From Candidatus Saganbacteria bacterium (lineage in GTDB: Bacteria; Margulisbacteria; WOR-1; XYC2-FULL-46-14; WPAF01), in contig JACRPM010000013.1 of assembly GCA_016223205.1 (NCBI GenBank), forward strand, positions 5,002 to 69,001: a stretch of DNA of 64,000 nt, read 5' to 3'. Below the pieces are notes generated by a model. The model ran no database searches. It saw nothing but the letters and a program-made list of their open reading frames with translations, and was not told where the DNA came from. Numbering within the stretch: position 1 is the first letter of the stretch; each line of letters opens with the position of its first letter. Positions 23,936-33,706 of this stretch are shown here, piece by piece. Both the position numbers and the translations under genes were made by a program.

Positions 23936-23989
23936 GGGGGTGAGATCGAAGAAAAAAAGTGTCGATTCAATATAAAGGAGGAAAAGAAA

Positions 23990-25534
23990 ATGCCAGTAGC
24001 AGTAGCAGAAAGAACAGGGATTGGAAGGAGATTAATTCATTCGTCGGATATGGTTCGTACCCATCAAACCAGAAGTGAACTAATAGGAGCACTAAGAGGA
24101 GCCGGTATCAGCAATCAAAGATTGGTTATACATGATCGAGCAATGTTTACGCAATTTGACCTGCCAAGATTGGCAGCCAATGCGGCTGATTTTGGAGAAA
24201 AAAGCGCATCTAAAAGCGTGCAAGCGCTGTCATCTTGGATCATTGGCGAGGCCGCACCTCAATTAGGTGTCCATTTGGCTTCTCCCCAGGAAATATATGT
24301 GGCCATCGCGGAAGAAAAGATCGTAAGGACCATGTCTTTCCCGGCGGTCAATATCCGCGCCAATACCTTAGATACTGCCCGGGCACTTTTCAGGGCGGCC
24401 ATAGATAATAAGGTAGGGGCCTTGATAGTGGAAATTGCCCGTTCTGAAACCGGCTATACCAATCAAACTCCCCGCGAGTTCGCAGCGGTAGTCAAGGCGG
24501 CGGCCATGATGGAAGGATTCGCCGGGCCGCTCTTCCTGCAGGGAGATCACGTTCAGTTGGACGCCAAGAAATTCGCGAAAGGTCCTGAAGCAGCCGCCAA
24601 GGAAATCGCGGCCCACAGCGCGCTGGTGCGGGCTTTCTTGGAGGAAGGATTCGGCTCGCTCGACCTGGATATGTCACCATTCGAAAAAAGGACGCAAAAA
24701 GAACTCACTCATGATGAGCAGCAAGCTGATAACGCCCGCTTGACCGTGGAAAAGATCCAGGAAGTAAGACAGAGCGAAACTCAGCTCGGGATTCCCTGGA
24801 CCACTCTTTTGGGAGGGGAAACAGGAGAAGTCGGCAAGTTCAATACCTCTAGGGAAGACTTAGAAGCCTATGCCAGAGGGATTCAAGCGAATATGGAAAG
24901 ATTGGGTATTGATCCCAAACAGGGGATCCGCAAGATCGCAGTGAATGACGGGACTTCTCACGGTGGAGTTCCTACTCCCGACGGCAAAGTCACTGCAGAT
25001 GTGAACATTGAATTCCCGATCTTGAGAATGGCTACAGATTATGGCCGGCAATTTGGTTGGGCGGGGTCGGTCCAGCATGGTGCTTCTACACTTGGCAATG
25101 AAAATTTCTGTCTTTTCCCCCAATACCGAGCAGTAGAAGCGCATCTGGCTACTGGCTTTCAGAATAGTACTCTCGATAATGGTGCTTATCGGATAGAGAA
25201 AATGCAAGCCCGCTTAGAGAGATATCTGGTTGACAAACACCTTGCTGAATGGGAGTGGGAGAAAAAAGGCACGACCATGGCGCAATTCCTCTACTCGACC
25301 CGTAAGAAAGCGACCGGGCCGTTCAAGTTCGAGCTCTGGACCATGCCGGAAGAAGTTAGGGCGGCGGTAGCAGAAGAGCTCTATAACCAATTCTCCTTCT
25401 TGTTTGAACAATTAGGAGTCAAGGATACGGTAGAGCTGGTGGCGCAAAATACCACCATTCATGAGTTCCACAGGCCCTATCCGGCAGAAGATCAGGAAGT
25501 GGCTGCCCTGGGCCCGTCTGATACGGCGGACTAA
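23990..25534 (+). CDS. Class II fructose-bisphosphate aldolase-like protein with N-terminal extension
   Basis: PAVNIR, EIARSETGYT, FLQGDH, GGETGEVG, GTSHGG, VQHGASTL, EAHLATGFQN; AAGGAGG RBS before ATG 23990. Confidence 0.85.
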   Translation: MPVAVAERTGIGRRLIHSSDMVRTHQTRSELIGALRGAGISNQRLVIHDRAMFTQFDLPRLAANAADFGEKSASKSVQALSSWIIGEAAPQLGVHLASPQEIYVAIAEEKIVRTMSFPAVNIRANTLDTARALFRAAIDNKVGALIVEIARSETGYTNQTPREFAAVVKAAAMMEGFAGPLFLQGDHVQLDAKKFAKGPEAAAKEIAAHSALVRAFLEEGFGSLDLDMSPFEKRTQKELTHDEQQADNARLTVEKIQEVRQSETQLGIPWTTLLGGETGEVGKFNTSREDLEAYARGIQANMERLGIDPKQGIRKIAVNDGTSHGGVPTPDGKVTADVNIEFPILRMATDYGRQFGWAGSVQHGASTLGNENFCLFPQYRAVEAHLATGFQNSTLDNGAYRIEKMQARLERYLVDKHLAEWEWEKKGTTMAQFLYSTRKKATGPFKFELWTMPEEVRAAVAEELYNQFSFLFEQLGVKDTVELVAQNTTIHEFHRPYPAEDQEVAALGPSDTAD

Positions 25535-25547
25535 AAGGTTCTATAAA

Positions 25548-25574
25548 AGGGGGAGCTAAAAGCTCCCCCTATTT
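25548..25574 (+). terminator. Intergenic hairpin
   Basis: AGGGGGAGCT-aaa-AGCTCCCCCT. Confidence 0.6.
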
Positions 25575-25597
25575 ACCCTTAGAAGGAGCAGAAGAAG

Positions 25598-27109
25598 ATG
25601 GTAAGAACAAACGGTGTAGCGCCGGGGACGGAAAAGGCCGCTATGACGCTGCCTAAAAAATACAGAGAGCGATTCATTAACCTGCACAGGGGGGTCAGGA
25701 CTAATACGCTCCCCCTGCCGCGGTCACTGGGACAACCGTTGGCCCTAGTGGCGACCGATGCCCATGGCGAGGTCAATCGCTACTTAACCGGGCTTGAAAG
25801 ATTACCGGTGTTTCCTCTGGGTATAGACCTCGGAGACAAACTGGACCGCGGCCCGGAACCGCTGGCCGCCAACCATATGCTGGAAGTAGCCAATCCGCCA
25901 GTTCATAGACTGGTGGGAAACCATGATGCGATGTGGGTTGGGGCGGGATTGGGGATACCGCGCTTGGCGATCGAGCTGGTTCGCTGGCTGATGCGTTATA
26001 ACGAACAGGACTTTTTAGTCAATGAGATGGGGATCAGCCTTCAACCATTGCAGGATTTCGCGGAAAAATGTTTTGCCGATGCCCGCGGACATTATAAAGC
26101 AAAAATATCCAAACCAATGGAGGCCGCGGCGACCTATCTTAGGATAACCGCGGAAGCTGCTTATCGTTTTCCGGAACACCGGGGAACGGAACTCGATCAA
26201 TCGGATTTAAGGGTCAGGAGAGCGTTATTCCATAATACCGCACTGGCAGATCTCACTGCCGGCGAAAAGGACACCTTTGACCGGTTGACCGGTAAGGCCA
26301 AGCTGGAAGAGAGGGACGCCTCCTATTTTTACCGCTTGATGGGCGGATTAAAAGAATTCACCGAGGAAGAGCAAGCCGTGATGGATCATATTGCCGATGC
26401 CTTCCGCCGGAGCCATGCTTTTTTCCAGCTGATCGAATGCATGGTCGGCCGCGGTGATATATATACTACGCTCCGAATGTCTGAAGGCGCTCCTTTTGAT
26501 ATGTTGTTGACCCATGCCGGGGTGCCGATCACAGCCGAAGGACATTTGGCGGAGTTCAATGGGAAAAAGGGGAAGGAAGCTTTTGCCGAAATTGAAAATG
26601 ATATTCGGAAGGCGATCATCGCCTGGCGCTGGTTTATTGAAACTGGAGATAGCGCATTGCTCGAGGCCGATGCCGAAGTGATCGATCGATTGGGCGAGCT
26701 GGCCTGGGGAGAAGATTCGCCGATCTATATGCGCAGAATGCAAACCGCGGCCCGGGCCGTGCTGGAAGAAGAAACCGGTCTTTATAAAGAGCCCGAGGGC
26801 CCATTTTTTTCACAATGGACCAAGTCGGAGGACCCGCAGTTTATACATCGGGTATGCAGAGAGATCGGCTCTTCCTTTGGGCTGGATCCCCGGCGCCTGT
26901 TGATCGTCCACGGCCATAAACCGAACGAACAAGGAAAATTTGTGGTTCGGGCAGGAGGCCATGATCTGAACATCGATGCCGGTACGGCAGAAAGCTATGG
27001 CGGGAATGGCGCGTTCCTTTTGGTTGGAACAAATGCGCTCTCTCAATTTGCTTTAAACGACCATAGCTTTTCTCCGGTTGAACTTAATTTAGAATATTTC
27101 GGGCAATAG
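25598..27109 (+). CDS. Divergent class 3 (Firmicute-type) fructose-1,6-bisphosphatase-like metallophosphoesterase
   Basis: DAHGE, LGDKLDRGP, GNHDAMWVGA, HAGVP, VHGHKP, NIDAG..ESY. Confidence 0.75.
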   Translation: MVRTNGVAPGTEKAAMTLPKKYRERFINLHRGVRTNTLPLPRSLGQPLALVATDAHGEVNRYLTGLERLPVFPLGIDLGDKLDRGPEPLAANHMLEVANPPVHRLVGNHDAMWVGAGLGIPRLAIELVRWLMRYNEQDFLVNEMGISLQPLQDFAEKCFADARGHYKAKISKPMEAAATYLRITAEAAYRFPEHRGTELDQSDLRVRRALFHNTALADLTAGEKDTFDRLTGKAKLEERDASYFYRLMGGLKEFTEEEQAVMDHIADAFRRSHAFFQLIECMVGRGDIYTTLRMSEGAPFDMLLTHAGVPITAEGHLAEFNGKKGKEAFAEIENDIRKAIIAWRWFIETGDSALLEADAEVIDRLGELAWGEDSPIYMRRMQTAARAVLEEETGLYKEPEGPFFSQWTKSEDPQFIHRVCREIGSSFGLDPRRLLIVHGHKPNEQGKFVVRAGGHDLNIDAGTAESYGGNGAFLLVGTNALSQFALNDHSFSPVELNLEYFGQ

Positions 27110-27131
27110 CTGGCGGTTTTTGCAATAAGAG

Positions 27132-27166
27132 AACCCCCCCGGCCTGCCGGGGGGGTTTTTCTTTTT
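27132..27166 (+). terminator. Rho-independent terminator
   Basis: AACCCCCCCGG-cctg-CCGGGGGGGTT followed by a T run. Confidence 0.8.
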
Positions 27167-27223
27167 ATGTAGTATAATATCCTCATGAAAATCACTGTGA
27201 AATGCGGGCAGCAGCCTTACAAA

Positions 27224-27276
27224 TTACTCAATGCTTTGAGTAAATCGTTGACGGCCGCTTCCGGGGATGATAAAAT
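27224..27276 (+). promoter_or_regulatory. Palindromic operator and sigma70 promoter of the AAA ATPase
   Basis: TTACTCAA-tgct-TTGAGTAA, then TTGACG-N17-TAAAAT. Confidence 0.6.
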
Positions 27277-27285
27277 ATTAAAACA

Positions 27286-28509
27286 ATGCAAGAATATGTA
27301 AGAAAACCGCTATTTTCAAACCTCTGGAATAATTTACACGGATTGCCAAACCTGATTCAGGTGATAAATGGGCCAAGACAGGTGGGCAAAACGACTCTGG
27401 CGCTGCAGGTTATGGAGAAATGGAGAGGACCGAAGCTGTATGAAACCGCAGACACGCCTGATATACCGCCGCTTGCCTGGATACAAAAACACTGGCTGGC
27501 AGCGAGAGAATTGTTCGATTCCACGCAAAAAGAAACACTGCTGATTTTTGATGAAATTCAAAAGATACCGCGCTGGAGCAATATGGTCAAGAAACTTTTT
27601 GATGAAGACCGCCACGCCGGCAATAAAATAAGACTGATTTTATTGGGCTCATCGGCGCTTTTAATGCAGCGCGGTTTGACGGAAAGTTTGGCCGGGAGAT
27701 TTGAGATCCACCGGCATCCCCATTGGTCGTTTTCTGAATGTAGGCAATTGTTTTCTTTGAGTTTAAATGAATACCTGTGTTTCGGCGGATATCCGGGCGC
27801 GCTGCCGATGCGGAAAAATTGGGACCGCTGGTCTCGTTATATCAGAGATTCCCTGATTGAAACTGTATTATCCAAAGATGTTCTTTTAATGATGCCGGTC
27901 ACAAAGCCGGCTTTATTGCGTCAAATATTCTCTTTAGCTGTTTCACACCCGGCAGAAATATTGAGCTACCAAAAGATGCTTGGTCAACTGCAGGAGGCGG
28001 GTAATACAACCACAATTGCTTCTTATCTCAAATTGCTTTCCAATGCATTCTTGGCGACGTCTCTGGAACGGTGGAGCGGCAGTCGGATAAAACAAAGAGG
28101 CTCGATCCCCAAATTGCTGGTTCTAGACAACGCATTTATTTCGGCAATGTCAGGCAGGAATGTAAGGCAAATTAAAAAAGACCCGGTCTTTTGGGGCAGA
28201 TTGGTGGAGAACGCGGTTGGCGCCAAGCTTTATCCGATTTTACAGATGGAAGGCAAATCTTTATCCTATTGGCGCGACCGGCAAGAAGAGGTCGACTACG
28301 TTTTTGAAACCGGCGATAAGCTTTACGCGATCGAAGTAAAGTCAACGGCAAAAAATCAGGGAGTTGGTTCATTGCTTGCTTTTGCGAGAAAATATCCAAA
28401 AGCGCGGCTATTTTTGATCTCTCCGGCAAAATTACAAAGTATGAAAAAAATAAGGCAGATAACATTGATTGAGTTTTTTGAAGATCCGAAAAAAAGCCTT
28501 TTAATATGA
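27286..28509 (+). CDS. AAA+ ATPase with DUF4143-type C-terminal nuclease-like domain
   Basis: GPRQVGKTT, FDEIQK, ESLAGRF, GGYP, EVDYV..IEVKS. Confidence 0.88.
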   Translation: MQEYVRKPLFSNLWNNLHGLPNLIQVINGPRQVGKTTLALQVMEKWRGPKLYETADTPDIPPLAWIQKHWLAARELFDSTQKETLLIFDEIQKIPRWSNMVKKLFDEDRHAGNKIRLILLGSSALLMQRGLTESLAGRFEIHRHPHWSFSECRQLFSLSLNEYLCFGGYPGALPMRKNWDRWSRYIRDSLIETVLSKDVLLMMPVTKPALLRQIFSLAVSHPAEILSYQKMLGQLQEAGNTTTIASYLKLLSNAFLATSLERWSGSRIKQRGSIPKLLVLDNAFISAMSGRNVRQIKKDPVFWGRLVENAVGAKLYPILQMEGKSLSYWRDRQEEVDYVFETGDKLYAIEVKSTAKNQGVGSLLAFARKYPKARLFLISPAKLQSMKKIRQITLIEFFEDPKKSLLI

Positions 28510-30110
28510 AAACAATACCCGTTTACCTCTGCATCCTCGACGGCTTTGCCGTCGGCGAAAAGGCCGAGAAAAACGCCATCTATGACGCCATAAAAGAAGG
28601 GAAAGCCCCTTTTATCGCCGACCTTTTTGCCAAACATCCCTACGCCAAACTGGAATGCTCCGGCCTGGCGGTCGGCCTTCCCGCTGGGACCATGGGCAAC
28701 TCCGAGGTCAATCACCTGAACATGGGAGCCGGGCGGGTGGTTTACCAATCCATCGAGCGCATCAATGTGGCGATAAAGGACGGCACTTTCTTCAATAATG
28801 AAGCCCTTCTTTCCGCGGTGCGCAACGCCAAGCAGAACGGCTCCGCCCTCCACCTGATGGGCATCCTCCAGGGGCACGGCGGCACGGTGCACGGCGATAT
28901 CAAGCATCTTTTCGCCCTGCTGGAGCTGGCCAAAAAAGCCGAATTGAATACCGTCTATATACATCTCTTTACCGATGGACGGGATACTAATCCTAAGGCC
29001 GCCGGCGAGATTTACCTCAAGATGCTCGAAGATAAAATGCCCGCAAACGTTCGGATCGCTACGATAATGGGAAGAGAGCTGGCCATGGACCGCGATACCG
29101 CGTGGGATAAGACCTTGATCGCGATGAGGGCGCTGGTAGCGGGGGTGGGGGAAAATAAAGCGGCGACCGCGCGCGAAGCCATCGAGCAGTCCTATAAACG
29201 CGGGGAGACCGATGAATTCATCCGGCCTACCATAATCAGCGGCTACACCGGTATGGGGCCGGCCGATTCGGTCATCTACTTCAACTTCCGTCAGGACCGT
29301 ACCATCCAATTGACGACCGCCTTCTGTGAATCGGACAAAAAATACTTCAATTATAAAAAAGGCACCAAGCCCATTGACGATAAGGTTTTTAACGAGATAC
29401 AGGAGTTAAGGAAGCGGCTGAAGCAGCTGGTGTTCGTGGCCATGACCGAATATTACCCCGGTCTCCACGCCCTGACCGCCTTCCCTGAAAAAGAGATCCC
29501 GGGGACGGTGGGAGAGGTGGTCTCTAATGCGGGATTGAAACAACTGCGTCTGGCGGGACCGGAAAAATTCGCCCATGTCACCGGCTGGTTCTCGGGCCGC
29601 CGGATGGAGCCCTTCCCCGGAGAAGACCGCCATCTGGCGCAGGATATGTCCTTAAAAAATAGGACGGAAGAAGGCAAGCATTACGATTGGGTGCCGGAGA
29701 TGACGGCTTTCCTTGAGACCGACTATTCACTGAAAGCCATTGCAGAGAACAAGTATTCATTGATCGTCCATAACTTCCAGAACGGAGACATGGTGGGCCA
29801 CACCGGCAATCTCAAGGCCGCTACCGAAGCTATTGCGGATGTCTCCTCCTGTCTGGAGAAATTAGTGCCGGCCTGGACGGCCAAGGGCGGCGTTTTCATC
29901 GTGACCGCCGATCACGGCAACGCGGATGAGATGTTTTTAGGGAAGGAAGTCAGCACCCAGCACTCCTTGAATCCGGTCCCTTTCTGGGTTTTAGGGAAAG
30001 AAGTAAAAATCAGGGAAAAAGGGATCATCCCGGACATCGGGGTGACCGTGCTCGACCTGATGGGGTTGCCGAAAACCGATGCCATGACCGCCCACTCACT
30101 GATCGGCTAA
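28506..30110 (+). CDS. gpmI: 2,3-BPG-independent phosphoglycerate mutase
   Basis: ILDG, MGNSEVNH, DGRDT, NFRQDR, DMVGHTG, TADHGNA. Confidence 0.95.
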   Translation: MKTIPVYLCILDGFAVGEKAEKNAIYDAIKEGKAPFIADLFAKHPYAKLECSGLAVGLPAGTMGNSEVNHLNMGAGRVVYQSIERINVAIKDGTFFNNEALLSAVRNAKQNGSALHLMGILQGHGGTVHGDIKHLFALLELAKKAELNTVYIHLFTDGRDTNPKAAGEIYLKMLEDKMPANVRIATIMGRELAMDRDTAWDKTLIAMRALVAGVGENKAATAREAIEQSYKRGETDEFIRPTIISGYTGMGPADSVIYFNFRQDRTIQLTTAFCESDKKYFNYKKGTKPIDDKVFNEIQELRKRLKQLVFVAMTEYYPGLHALTAFPEKEIPGTVGEVVSNAGLKQLRLAGPEKFAHVTGWFSGRRMEPFPGEDRHLAQDMSLKNRTEEGKHYDWVPEMTAFLETDYSLKAIAENKYSLIVHNFQNGDMVGHTGNLKAATEAIADVSSCLEKLVPAWTAKGGVFIVTADHGNADEMFLGKEVSTQHSLNPVPFWVLGKEVKIREKGIIPDIGVTVLDLMGLPKTDAMTAHSLIG

Positions 30111-30117
30111 TTTCCAC

Positions 30118-30144
30118 TGAAATATCCACAAATATTTACCGAAA
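30118..30144 (+). promoter_or_regulatory. Alternative-sigma-type motif (site 7)
   Basis: TGAAATATCCACAAATATTTACCGAAA. Confidence 0.65.
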
Positions 30145-30162
30145 TACACTTAGAGGATAGCT

Positions 30163-31086
30163 ATGATCAGAGCAACTGAAGCAAAAAGAATCACATCCTG
30201 GCGGGAAGCCTACCGGAGAAATTATGTATTAAATTCCGGAGATAAAGTTGATGAGTTCGATTGGTATGACACCCGCGGGAGAGAAATTAGAGCCAGTCGG
30301 ATATTCACCACACCGGAAGGCGGAAGATTGACCGCAGAACAAAAAGCAGAAATCCGATCCTTCGTTGATTTTGTTCGACGGCAGCAAGTGGCCCGCCATT
30401 CGGACGATGTGGAAAGAGAATGGAGGGGAATTACCGCGCTAAAAAGAGGAAGAGCTTTCCTTTATGCGCCCCGCCACTCTCATCTGCTCTTTAAGTTTAG
30501 AAGGGAATATGATTTTCTTTTTGCCGGGCGCAGGGTTCTGGATATCGGCTGTGCGGTAGAGGACGGCAGATCCGCCTTTTATAGTTATTATCGGGGGTTT
30601 GGCGCGTCGGCCGTCGGCATTGACCTATCCGTTGAAGACAATCCTAATGAAGGAATATTCAAAGGGGATGCCCGCATGCTGGCTTTTCCTGATAGAAGTT
30701 TTGATTTCGTGACCCTGCCCATGATCTATGGGTTAAACAATCCCGCTGAAACGGTGCTGGAGATAGCGGCCGGATTAAGCGAACTCCACCGGGTGCTGGA
30801 TAATGGATTGGTCCACATTGCCGACCCAATTTTGCTTCCCGGCCTGGTTTATATCGCAAATATGCTGGGATTTAGATGCTTTTATAATTATCGGTGGCAT
30901 GACAGCGCAGACGATTGGAACGGTATTCCGGTTGGAAGTTTGCTGATGAAAAAAGACGCGCCTCTTCCTGAAAACCCTTTCCAGGCGGTGGTTAGCGATT
31001 GCCTGCGAGAACGCGAGATATCTTTTTCCGCCGAGGGGACGGATGAGCTCCCTTTTAGAGAACTAATCACCACCGAGCCCGATTAA
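30163..31086 (+). CDS. SAM-methyltransferase-fold protein with long orphan N-terminus
   Basis: RVLDIGCAVEDG, AVGIDL, GDARMLAFPDRSFDFV. Confidence 0.7.
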   Translation: MIRATEAKRITSWREAYRRNYVLNSGDKVDEFDWYDTRGREIRASRIFTTPEGGRLTAEQKAEIRSFVDFVRRQQVARHSDDVEREWRGITALKRGRAFLYAPRHSHLLFKFRREYDFLFAGRRVLDIGCAVEDGRSAFYSYYRGFGASAVGIDLSVEDNPNEGIFKGDARMLAFPDRSFDFVTLPMIYGLNNPAETVLEIAAGLSELHRVLDNGLVHIADPILLPGLVYIANMLGFRCFYNYRWHDSADDWNGIPVGSLLMKKDAPLPENPFQAVVSDCLREREISFSAEGTDELPFRELITTEPD

Positions 31087-31099
31087 ATACCCGAATTAT

Positions 31100-31126
31100 T
31101 GAAATTTTCCAGCGCTTGACACGATA
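31100..31126 (+). promoter_or_regulatory. Alternative-sigma-type motif (site 8)
   Basis: TGAAATTTTCCAGCGCTTGACACGATA. Confidence 0.75.
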
Positions 31127-31136
31127 AAAAGGTAAC

Positions 31137-32414
31137 ATGGCATTACAGATCAGAAGACCCCAGGAAGCGACCCCTTTTACAGAGAGGATGCGCCGGCTCA
31201 ACCTGCGCGTGGCAATTTTGCATTCCGGCGGGCCGGCCCCGGGCGGCAACCGCGTGATCTCGGCCGCGGCCAAGCAGTTTTTGGACCGCGGGATAGAAGT
31301 GGTGGGGGTCATCAATGGGTATGAATATCTTCAGCAGGGCAAAGCCCTCCCCCTTAGAGAAGGTACGCATTTTATCGACATTACCCCTGAAGTAGCCTCC
31401 CGGGCCATCGATCAAAATTCTCTGATCATCAATACCTCCCGCGCCAATCCGGGAAAGCCGATAGAAAAACCGCAACACCTTGACGATCTCGAAAAGACCT
31501 TCGGCCTAAGAAAAGTGCTGGACGTTTTTGAAATGCTTAGGGTAGGGGCTTTGATCTCGATCGGCGGCGATGACACCTTAAAGACCGCCAATTTTCTTTA
31601 TCGCATTGCCCGAAAAGTGGCTGAAACCATGCCGGACCTATTCTTTACCGGCGACATGGTACATGTTCCCAAGACCATCGATAATGATTATACCGGGATC
31701 GCTTTTACCTACGGCTACATGACCGCGGCGGAAAGCGCCGGCCGCATTATCCGGGGGTTATATGATGACGCTCGGGCCACCAATTGTTACCATGTGGTCG
31801 AATGCATGGGGAGAAAGGCGGGCTGGTTCACTGCCGGAGCCAGCATTTTCGGCCGAGCCACCAAAGCCCTCATCCCGGAAGATTTTGAAGGAGTGAAAGT
31901 CGTCGATCTCGAAAAGATCGCCGATGATCTGGTCGAACTAGTGATTAAAAGAGAGCAAAGGAACAAAAATTATGGTGTGATCACGGTGGCGGAGGGATTG
32001 GCGGACAAACTGCCTGAACATTTGAAAAAAGGCATGCGGACCGACCGCCACGGCCAGCCCAAGCTGGCCGACGCCAAGATCGGAGAACGGCTGGCGGAGA
32101 TCCTGGAGGAAAAATATCTATCGCGCACCGGCCGGAAAAAGAGCTTCAAACCCCAGATGGTGGGATATGAGACCCGGCAGAACTCGGCCAATCTATATGA
32201 CGCACTCCTGACCTCTCAATTGGGGGTGGGAGCTTTCCGCTTGCTGGAGAGCGGACGATCGGGAGAGATGGTGACGGTGGTTGAAGACCTGGTGCCGGAA
32301 GGCATACCCTTCGCCAATCTAATAGATCCAGCCACCTTAAGAGTGGTCAACCGCAATATCGATGTCAATGGCCCTTTTTACGCCTTGCTTCGGTCGCTTG
32401 AAGAGAGCTTTTAA
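31137..32414 (+). CDS. Phosphofructokinase, probably PPi-dependent, with N-terminal extension
   Basis: SGGPAPG, GGDDT (Asp typical of PPi type), PKTIDND, ECMGR, GYETR. Confidence 0.88.
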   Translation: MALQIRRPQEATPFTERMRRLNLRVAILHSGGPAPGGNRVISAAAKQFLDRGIEVVGVINGYEYLQQGKALPLREGTHFIDITPEVASRAIDQNSLIINTSRANPGKPIEKPQHLDDLEKTFGLRKVLDVFEMLRVGALISIGGDDTLKTANFLYRIARKVAETMPDLFFTGDMVHVPKTIDNDYTGIAFTYGYMTAAESAGRIIRGLYDDARATNCYHVVECMGRKAGWFTAGASIFGRATKALIPEDFEGVKVVDLEKIADDLVELVIKREQRNKNYGVITVAEGLADKLPEHLKKGMRTDRHGQPKLADAKIGERLAEILEEKYLSRTGRKKSFKPQMVGYETRQNSANLYDALLTSQLGVGAFRLLESGRSGEMVTVVEDLVPEGIPFANLIDPATLRVVNRNIDVNGPFYALLRSLEESF

Positions 32415-33706
32415 TTAAGACCGTGCAAACTTCGCTTTAACGCCGCCAGGGCCGCTTCGTGCAGGCCTTCCGGGAACGAGGGATGGGATTGCCAGGTTCC
32501 GGCCAGCTCTTCTACGGACAATCCATTTTTTAGGGCAACAGTTGCCGCGCCGATGAGGGTAGTGGCTTCCGGTCCCAGGATATGTATACCTAAAAGCTTG
32601 CCGGACTCATCAGAGATAACCTTTACAAATCCTTCCAGCTCTCCCAAAGCGGCCGCGATACCTAAAGCGGCAAAGGGGAATTTACCAATTTTGATATTCT
32701 TGTGTTTTTCCCGTGCTTCTTTTTCGGTTAAGCCGATACTGCCCACCTCGGGGTCGGTGTAAATGCCGTAGGGGATATTTTCATCGCTGAAAGTGCGGTT
32801 CCCTCCCATAGCGTTCTCCGCCGCGATCACTCCCTGCTCATAAGCCACGTGGGCGAACATCTTCTTGCTTACCAGATCGCCCACCGCGTAGACCCCGGGC
32901 ATCTGGGTCTCAAGCTTTTCATTTACCGTGAGCCCGGGGATAGTGGGCGCGCGCCCGATGCAGATGAGGGTCTTGCCGCAGGAGTCATTTGGATCAAAGC
33001 GCACGCCGGTCTTGATCTCGACATTCATCCTTTTTAGCTTGGATTTTACCTTGGCCGCCACTTCTTCGTCGATGCCGGGCAATATCTCCGGCAGGGCCTC
33101 AAAGATCGTGATCTTACACCCCAGGGCGCTGTAGATCTGCGCGAAGTGCAAACCGATCACCCCACCTCCTACGATATCGAGTTGAGGGGGGAGGGGGTGA
33201 TATTCCAAAAGGTCATCACTGCAGAGGAATTTTTCCTTATCAAAGGACAATCCCGGCAGGCAGATGGGGGTGGAGCCGGTGGCCAATATGATCTTCCTAC
33301 TTTCTATTATCAACGTTCTACGTTCTACTGTCTCGATCTCTACTTTCCCTTCCCCTAAAACCTTCCCCATGCCCTGAATGATCTCCACGCCGCGCTTCTT
33401 GAGGAGAAATTCAACGCCTTTGACCAGTTTCTCTATTATCAAATCCTTGCGCTCGACCACTTTCTTAAAATCAATCGAGATATTATTCGTAGAAATGCCG
33501 AACTTGTCGGCTCCTTGCATCTTAAGATATAGGTTGGTGCAGGCGATCAGGGCTTTGGTGGGGATACAGCCGCGGTTGAGACACACTCCGCCCAGCTTGT
33601 CTTTTTCGATCAGTGCCACTTTGGCTCCCAATTGAGCCGCCCTGATAGCGGCGATATAGCCGCCCGGGCCTCCGCCCAAAATCGCGAGATCAAACCTATC
33701 TGACAT
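32411..33706 (-). CDS. lpdA: Dihydrolipoyl dehydrogenase
   Basis: GGGPGGY, GGVCLNRGCIPTK, HPSFPE. Confidence 0.9.
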   Translation of the reverse strand: MSDRFDLAILGGGPGGYIAAIRAAQLGAKVALIEKDKLGGVCLNRGCIPTKALIACTNLYLKMQGADKFGISTNNISIDFKKVVERKDLIIEKLVKGVEFLLKKRGVEIIQGMGKVLGEGKVEIETVERRTLIIESRKIILATGSTPICLPGLSFDKEKFLCSDDLLEYHPLPPQLDIVGGGVIGLHFAQIYSALGCKITIFEALPEILPGIDEEVAAKVKSKLKRMNVEIKTGVRFDPNDSCGKTLICIGRAPTIPGLTVNEKLETQMPGVYAVGDLVSKKMFAHVAYEQGVIAAENAMGGNRTFSDENIPYGIYTDPEVGSIGLTEKEAREKHKNIKIGKFPFAALGIAAALGELEGFVKVISDESGKLLGIHILGPEATTLIGAATVALKNGLSVEELAGTWQSHPSFPEGLHEAALAALKRSLHGLN

